From positions 16,262 to 80,261 of IMG/VR virus record IMGVR_UViG_3300025168_000053: a stretch of 64,000 nt of DNA. The stretch is one strand, 5' to 3'. Shown piece by piece: positions 58,430 through 64,000 of the stretch. Made by a program: the position numbers and the translations under genes. The notes beneath the pieces were generated by a model. That model saw only the letters and a list, made by a program, of their open reading frames with translations, was not told the DNA's origin and did no database searches. Origin of the DNA: a virus. Numbering within the stretch: position 1 is the stretch's first letter; each line of letters starts with the position of its first letter.

Positions 58430-59310
58430 CCGACAGGATAGACAGGAGGGACACATTAGAGGACAAGCATGACCTCAGCATCAAACGATGCAGGGAGAGC
58501 GATGAGAGCCACCTCAAAGGACACAAAGGACACAAAGGACAGTTCGACAAAGAGAGAGGACAAAAGACAGGGTGTGAATAGGGGAAAAGAGAGAGAGGTT
58601 GAGAGAAAATATGTTGTTGTTTGTCATGTATTATTTGTCCTTTCATTTAGCCCCATGTCTTTGTTGTCTATCGTGTCTAATGTGGGCTTCCAATCGGCCA
58701 TCAAAACCAGGTGTCAAACCATGCGTAAATGACCCCCTGCTCACCACCTGCCGTGAGGGTCGGTGTGTTGATGTGATCGGTGGAAAATAAGACAAATGTT
58801 GCGATATATTGTCCGAACAGGCTCGCAGGGGGCTGAAATTGGGTGTCGAACTGGGTGTTTAACGTGGTATTGGACTGGGTGTGCCGCCAGCACGTGCCGA
58901 TAACGCCACAGATTGAGCCTAAATGAGCGTTGAACTGGGTGTTTGACTGAGTATCGGACTGAGTGTGCTGATAACGCCACAGAACACGCCCAGAACGCCG
59001 CCTATCGCCACAGAATGAGCCGTGTGGAGATGGACTGGGTGCATGACTGAGTGCATCGCCACAGAACCACCCTCGAACCCACCGATCTCTCGCAACAGAC
59101 TGAGCCGAGCGAGGGGGCGAGTCTTCGACTCGCCCGTATCACCACAGAACGCATCACTGAGAGCCTATGGACTGGGTGTGGCGACCCAGTGCGGCCACGC
59201 AGCCCCCCGTTTTTTGCCAGTGCGGGGTAAGTCTGGAGATGTTTTTTTTTTTTTGCTGAGGCCGCCATAAGCCCCAGATGCTACACGGAAAAAAATTGGG
59301 AAAAAAGTTG
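58430..59310. repeat. Non-coding repeat-rich region at the divergent strand switch (origin or genome terminus/pac candidate)
   Basis: 3x CAAAGGACA (58515-58541); about 9x ACTGRGT; 4x CGCCACAGA plus 2 variants; hairpins at 59115-59135 and 59171-59190; T13 and A-tracts. Confidence 0.75.
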
Positions 59311-59367
59311 TTAGGAATGTTAAGTAGTTGGGATGGCTTTATTTCAACCTGCCGTATGCGGTAAGAT

Positions 59368-60423
59368 ATGGTGAATGCTTTCAAGACGAGTTGGGATGCT
59401 CTAATTAAGAATCGCCCACAACGTCCAGATTATTTTATTGATGCTCAACCTGCTGATTCAAATGTTGATCTTGGCGAGATGATGCAAGACTTTTCGATGC
59501 CAGAAGTTGATATTAAAGACATAGGCGGAGATGGAGATACTTGCTGTGCCGATCTCCGAACAGGTATGGCAAATCTAATCACACATTCCGACAATCATTA
59601 CGGTGGTTTATCAGGGCAAATGGCTGAGGCTTTGCATGGGTCTATTGATTTTGATGAAGGCATTGAAGGGGCATCATGTGAAACATTGGTTGATGCTTTG
59701 AAAAGTGCAATAAGTTATGGTGAATATGCCTTTGAGCAAGGAGGGAACACCGTTGCATATTGGAAAGATTACGGGTTTGACAGCGAGCATCACGCAATGT
59801 CCGAGCATCGAGAACTTCATGATGATGAGGATGGCAAGCATGAGATGGATTTATTGAATCGTATGCGTCAATTAAAATTAGAATATGAGGCTTGTAAAAT
59901 GGGTGGATTTGATGATGCAAAAGAAAGTGAATCCACAGGGTTCTATGCAAGTGCCGAACCATTTGAATTGGCTTGGGATTCCATTCGTAAAGAAGAAGAA
60001 TACGTTGAAATCGAATATGAAAGTGGTGAAACAATTCAGTTAAGTTTCAAAGAGTTTGATAAAATCAAATTGGATTGGGAAAACGATGATGATATTGTAG
60101 CGGTTAGAACTTATCGAGGCGACGAAGTATCTCAAATCCTAAAATCGGATGAATCAGCCATTGAAGTTCGAGATCGTTCCCTCGCCATTCTCGCCAGTAT
60201 GGGTTTGAAGTGGGATGAGAACCCGCTAAGGCCGCAACATGAAATGCCCGTTCACGCTGATGGAAGAGATTTGTCGGATGATGAATACGAACAGTTGATG
60301 AAAGTTCCAGCGTTCAATAAAGCAGTTTGGGATTTGACTAATGTTTGGGCATTGAGCAATGAGCGAAGAGAACAAATAATGCAGTATGCAAGGGAAAACC
60401 GCATAGGTGGTTTTGATGTTTAA
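59368..60423 (+). CDS. Acidic multi-module accessory protein with two tags
   Basis: AFKTSWDALIK at the N-terminus and PFELAWDSIRK internally; GGCTTTATT ends 24 nt upstream. Confidence 0.75.
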   Translation: MVNAFKTSWDALIKNRPQRPDYFIDAQPADSNVDLGEMMQDFSMPEVDIKDIGGDGDTCCADLRTGMANLITHSDNHYGGLSGQMAEALHGSIDFDEGIEGASCETLVDALKSAISYGEYAFEQGGNTVAYWKDYGFDSEHHAMSEHRELHDDEDGKHEMDLLNRMRQLKLEYEACKMGGFDDAKESESTGFYASAEPFELAWDSIRKEEEYVEIEYESGETIQLSFKEFDKIKLDWENDDDIVAVRTYRGDEVSQILKSDESAIEVRDRSLAILASMGLKWDENPLRPQHEMPVHADGRDLSDDEYEQLMKVPAFNKAVWDLTNVWALSNERREQIMQYARENRIGGFDV

Positions 60424-60574
60424 TCTGTGGGTATTGTTTTGGCTTGCTTTCATTGCAGGTTTCTTTTCAATGTGGGTGTCTCTTGACGATCTCGGAAGCA
60501 ATGTAGTGATATTCACCAGTGATGAAGAACTGCAAGAACTTTGTTGGGATGGCTTGAGGAAGGGAGAGCCATGA
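60416..60574 (+). CDS. 52 aa membrane peptide
   Basis: MFNLWVLFWLAFIAGFFSMWVSL; ATGA overlap with the next gene. Confidence 0.55.
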   Translation: MFNLWVLFWLAFIAGFFSMWVSLDDLGSNVVIFTSDEELQELCWDGLRKGEP

Positions 60575-62079
60575 TTAAGAAGTCCGACTTCAAGGTTGGT
60601 GGTCGCTTCTTAGGAGATAGGAGAAGGAATGATCCTTACGGCATTCATTTTAACGATGGACCGCAAACTTACCGTTATCGAGTTCCGATTGGAAAAGACG
60701 AGGATGGCAATTTGATTTATTCCGATTATGATCGTGAAGTGAGTAGTCGTGATTGGACTTACCCTGGTGAGATTTACAGACGGGCAAACGAAAGAGATAT
60801 TGTTTCACGTGAAGAATACAATGATATGTATTTAGATCCCGATATAAGCGGAGATCAGATGGGGCGAATCTTGCGAGATGCAAAGGAACAGGTAGCGATT
60901 CGCCAAATTGGTGATACGGCATCCCATGAGTCAGGGCATACCGCCCACGACATGACCGACCCTGAGCGACAAAATCACTATTGGGGGGAAAAACAAGCAA
61001 ACAGGCAGCGTGGAGGATATGGTTTGTTCGATACTAATTCGGACTCGGATGAAAAAAGTGTGGGTGAGTTCGTTGCCTATATGTCGGAATATCCGCATGA
61101 TAGCATCAAGTTTCGTCGAGGAATGAAGAATCATCCTGATGTTGGAGAACGTTATGTCAAAAGGATTAGAAATGCAAACATTGACGCAAATGAGAGTAGC
61201 CGAGCAAAAAGGAATGTTGTCAATGCAATTCTTGACCAAACGGCAACAACAGGAAAAAGAACTGGTGCTGGCAACTTCCAATTTGGCGACATTGATGAAG
61301 CAAGGAACAGGAAGAAGCAAGCCGAGCGCACTTCAAGAGCCTTGATTCGCCAAATCCAACAATTGCCAGATGAAGGAATTGAAGGCTTTGGTGATTTGCC
61401 GCAAGACATTCAAGAAGGGATTGGGCGTTTGCAGTTGCGAGATCAATTATCTCAATTCATGGATAACAATTTTGAAACGGCAAGGCAAGCAGAACTTAAC
61501 ACCTTGATGCACGATCCCAACTCGATTGATTTTGCTATTGCCAATCCTAAAATGTTCTTTGAGAACTATGACTCCGTTCCTGTTGATTGGGTGGAAGGAA
61601 AGGGTCGTTGGGATGATTATGTGTTGGGGAATGATGCGCTTTCAACCATTGCACACTATGACCATCATGGGCGTTATGACGAAAACCCAGAACTCCTTGA
61701 AGCATTGAAAGAAAGGTTTGGTGAGCCGACCAGCGATCAGGGTTGGGGATTGAAGCCGAAGGTCAAGTCAAATCCTTACATGAGAACGCCCTGGCAATAC
61801 TATGACCCTCGATTTGGAAGCGAGCCATTGCTTGACGACATAATTCATCAATACGGTTTAGCGGAAGATCGTGGAGTTGATTTTGATTCTTCAAGAGCCT
61901 TTATGAAATCTTGGGGCTTGATAAAGGCTGAACCTTTTTCGGGCAAGTTCCCTGCTAAATATCCAGGCAACTGCAAAGTCTGTGGAACTTATTTGAAACC
62001 AGGTCAAGAAGTGATGTATAATCGAATGCTCGGCGGAGTCACCTGTCCTTTTGATTGCGGGAGGGCTTACGTTGTCTGA
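60571..62079 (+). CDS. HExxH zincin-like protein, then tag, then C-terminal Zn finger
   Basis: TASHESGHTAH..GEFVAY; AFMKSWGLIKA; CKVC..CPFDC. Confidence 0.6.
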   Translation: MIKKSDFKVGGRFLGDRRRNDPYGIHFNDGPQTYRYRVPIGKDEDGNLIYSDYDREVSSRDWTYPGEIYRRANERDIVSREEYNDMYLDPDISGDQMGRILRDAKEQVAIRQIGDTASHESGHTAHDMTDPERQNHYWGEKQANRQRGGYGLFDTNSDSDEKSVGEFVAYMSEYPHDSIKFRRGMKNHPDVGERYVKRIRNANIDANESSRAKRNVVNAILDQTATTGKRTGAGNFQFGDIDEARNRKKQAERTSRALIRQIQQLPDEGIEGFGDLPQDIQEGIGRLQLRDQLSQFMDNNFETARQAELNTLMHDPNSIDFAIANPKMFFENYDSVPVDWVEGKGRWDDYVLGNDALSTIAHYDHHGRYDENPELLEALKERFGEPTSDQGWGLKPKVKSNPYMRTPWQYYDPRFGSEPLLDDIIHQYGLAEDRGVDFDSSRAFMKSWGLIKAEPFSGKFPAKYPGNCKVCGTYLKPGQEVMYNRMLGGVTCPFDCGRAYVV

Positions 62080-63205
62080 GTTTAACAAAAAGTGCAAAGA
62101 ATGTGGCGATTTAGTCAAGGACACCCATGAAGGCGTTCCATTTGTTGATGGAACGGCAATGTGCATGGATTGTTTTCTTGAAGATTACAAGCACTATGGG
62201 AAAAAGGTATTAGAAGCCTTAGAAGATGGTGGCGTGTTTGATGAAGAAATTGAAACCAGCGATGAGCAATGGTTTGACGACCCCGAATGGATCGAGATGA
62301 ATAGAGGCAAGCCTTTCGCTGTCGCTTGGGATTCCATCGCAAAAGAATGGAGTCCAAATTGGAGGGATGAGGCATCGAAGTTGCCTTTACATCAATTAGA
62401 TGAATACCTTGATTTGGATATGGGAGAAGGAACTGAATTGAGAACCTATGAACACCCGTCAAATCCTAATTTTGTTATCAAGAGGCCAATATCACTTGAC
62501 CCTACATTCCGTCGTCATTATGGAAAAAGCAAAGACCCTGAATTGGATCGGTTGAAGGAATTGGTTGAGTTGGGTTCAATTGAGATGAACTCAATAGAGC
62601 GTTTGCCTTACTGGGATGCTTTAGAAAGTCTTGGTTATCCTGTTGTTTCCTCCAAGTATTTTGGAACGGACCAAAGAGAATTAGGGAATTACTTTGTTCA
62701 ACCTCGAATGAGTTTGGATGAAAAAATGATTCCGCATAAAGTTGCAGATTGGAGAGTGAACCAAGATTTTCTTGAAGGAATAATGGAGAGCAATGGCAAG
62801 GGTGGCAAAATAGCCAACCCAATGAAAGACCCTGCGTTTGCAGCAGCAAATAGGGAATCACAAATCATAGATGAGATTTTGACGAATGCAGTTGGAGATC
62901 GGCATGGAGGCAATTTTGGTTTAGACCAAAAAGGCAATGAAAGAATGTTTGATCTTCAAATGCACTTTGGAGATGGAATCGGAGAATGGGATTCCGAAGA
63001 AATGCAACAAAGACAACAAACCTTGAACCAATATGGAATCCAAATCCCTGCCTCACGTATGTTGAACGCAATAACCGATGAGATGGTTGAAATTGACCCG
63101 TATGTTAGCAATTACAGGGCTTACCTTGAACGCCTTGAGCCATACTCGGATAACCCCAAGTATGTTGAAGTGGATGGTAAAGCAAAGTGGATGGAGGGAT
63201 ATTGA
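62072..63205 (+). CDS. Zn finger, then tag, then atypical (PI3K/HipA-like) kinase domain
   Basis: CKEC..CMDC; PFAVAWDSIAK; MGEGTE, FVIKR, GDRHGGNFG, MFD; GGAGGG SD before TTG 62072. Confidence 0.65.
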   Translation: MSEFNKKCKECGDLVKDTHEGVPFVDGTAMCMDCFLEDYKHYGKKVLEALEDGGVFDEEIETSDEQWFDDPEWIEMNRGKPFAVAWDSIAKEWSPNWRDEASKLPLHQLDEYLDLDMGEGTELRTYEHPSNPNFVIKRPISLDPTFRRHYGKSKDPELDRLKELVELGSIEMNSIERLPYWDALESLGYPVVSSKYFGTDQRELGNYFVQPRMSLDEKMIPHKVADWRVNQDFLEGIMESNGKGGKIANPMKDPAFAAANRESQIIDEILTNAVGDRHGGNFGLDQKGNERMFDLQMHFGDGIGEWDSEEMQQRQQTLNQYGIQIPASRMLNAITDEMVEIDPYVSNYRAYLERLEPYSDNPKYVEVDGKAKWMEGY

Positions 63206-63206
63206 T

Positions 63207-64000
63207 ATGATTAGGATTTTTGAAGTCGGACCACGTGATGGGCTACAAAACCTGCCGCATGTTCCATCCACCGAAGATAAAATCCAACTCATCAAACATC
63301 TCCGTGATGCTGGCTTAACTCGAATTGAAGTCACATCGTTTGTTCATCCAAAGGCCGTTCCAAACATGGCTGATGCTGAACAGGTGTGCGCTGCCTTCGA
63401 TGATAAGACAGGGTTCTCAGTTCTTGTTCCTAATCAAAGAGGGATGGATCGAGCGATTGCATCAGGCATGACCCATTACAACATTTTCTTTTCACCATGC
63501 GACACGTTCAATGTTTCTAATTACGGATTGAAGTTGGAACGCATTCTTGACAATTATGAAGAAGCCCTTGATGGGATTGACCCCGATATTGTCCGTGTGT
63601 ATATCTCGGAGGCTTTTGAATCTGGAAGCGAGGCTTTGTCTTTGGCAATTCAACATGGCTTGAGATTTGGAAAGCGCATTGTTCTGTGTGACACTAAGGG
63701 TTCGGCAACGCCATTCGAGATTACTATGGGTGTTGGGATTGCACAGGGGTTCACGCATGAACTGTCTTTACATCTCCATCATGGAAAGCATTTGATGGAA
63801 AACGTATCAACTGGATATTCACATGGAGTTCGAGAGTTCGATTCCAGCATCGGCGGTCTTGGCGGCTGTCCGTTTGTTGAGAGTTCTGGGGCGAACCTTG
63901 CGACTGAGGATTTGGTCAAGTGGTGTAAGAAGCGGGGCATTGACTGTGGAGTTAAGTTGTCCGATCTCAAAGCGGCTCGCAAGTTGGCGCACAAAATCAA
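63207..64000 (+). CDS. hmgL: Hydroxymethylglutaryl-CoA lyase (3'-truncated by the window)
   Basis: Hand translation is open to the window end: EVGPRDGLQN, IEVTSFVHPKAVP, LVPN, LCDT, LHLH, DSSIGGLGGCPF, NLATEDLV. Missing from the ORF track because it has no stop. Confidence 0.92.
   Translation, partial: MIRIFEVGPRDGLQNLPHVPSTEDKIQLIKHLRDAGLTRIEVTSFVHPKAVPNMADAEQVCAAFDDKTGFSVLVPNQRGMDRAIASGMTHYNIFFSPCDTFNVSNYGLKLERILDNYEEALDGIDPDIVRVYISEAFESGSEALSLAIQHGLRFGKRIVLCDTKGSATPFEITMGVGIAQGFTHELSLHLHHGKHLMENVSTGYSHGVREFDSSIGGLGGCPFVESSGANLATEDLVKWCKKRGIDCGVKLSDLKAARKLAHKI

Noticed and set aside
58836-59190. Possible CRISPR or mini-CRISPR array
   Set aside because: Repeats are only 7-11 bp, irregularly spaced and of two types, with no constant-length spacers and no cas operon
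59242-59254. T13 run as a phase-variation tract
   Set aside because: Non-coding and not within a promoter spacer; could be a terminator, an unwinding element or a homopolymer error
58392-59384. Short ORFs called across the repeat region
   Set aside because: Translations of the repeats on both strands, no SD, low complexity
60307-60342. AFNKAVWDLTN as a further copy of the tag
   Set aside because: F-W spacing is one residue longer and there is no terminal Lys
1-64000. Integrase/att sites, tRNA genes, diversity-generating retroelement
   Set aside because: No recombinase or reverse transcriptase motifs, cloverleaf or template/variable repeat pair recognised by eye; not excluded without tools

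Overview
This window is most of the genome of a tailed (siphovirus-like) dsDNA virus with an archaeal host. It is most consistent with a magrovirus of Marine Group II/Poseidoniales, inferred from a group II chaperonin, a fused PriS-PriL primase, an MCM-like helicase, an XPF/ERCC4 nuclease, a TFB-like fragment, GGTGA Shine-Dalgarno sites and TATA-like leaderless promoters. Layout: 0.3-24.9 kb (+) neck and tail module, with a candidate -1 frameshift in the tail chaperones, a tape measure and three very large LamG-bearing tail proteins. 23.4-29.6 kb: accessory small genes. 29.6-58.4 kb (-): replication, DNA modification, transcription, chaperone and early genes. 58.4-59.3 kb: a non-coding, repeat-rich strand-switch region (origin or terminus candidate). 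59.4-64 kb (+): accessory genes ending in an HMG-CoA lyase that runs off the window. No capsid, portal, terminase, PolB, tRNA or CRISPR array was recognised. The main unexplained signal is a short peptide, F-x-x-[ASTV]-W-[DEAG]-x-[MIL]-(x)-K. It occurs 12 times (one copy degenerate) in 11 otherwise unrelated accessory ORFs, at N-termini or at domain junctions. The tagged proteins include a Dam-like MTase, a kinase-like protein, an HExxH peptidase, a Cys-His-Asp enzyme and small basic proteins. I infer a portable capsid-targeting/prohead-protease cleavage tag for loading cargo into the virion. All product calls come from motif recognition by eye; no database searches were run.
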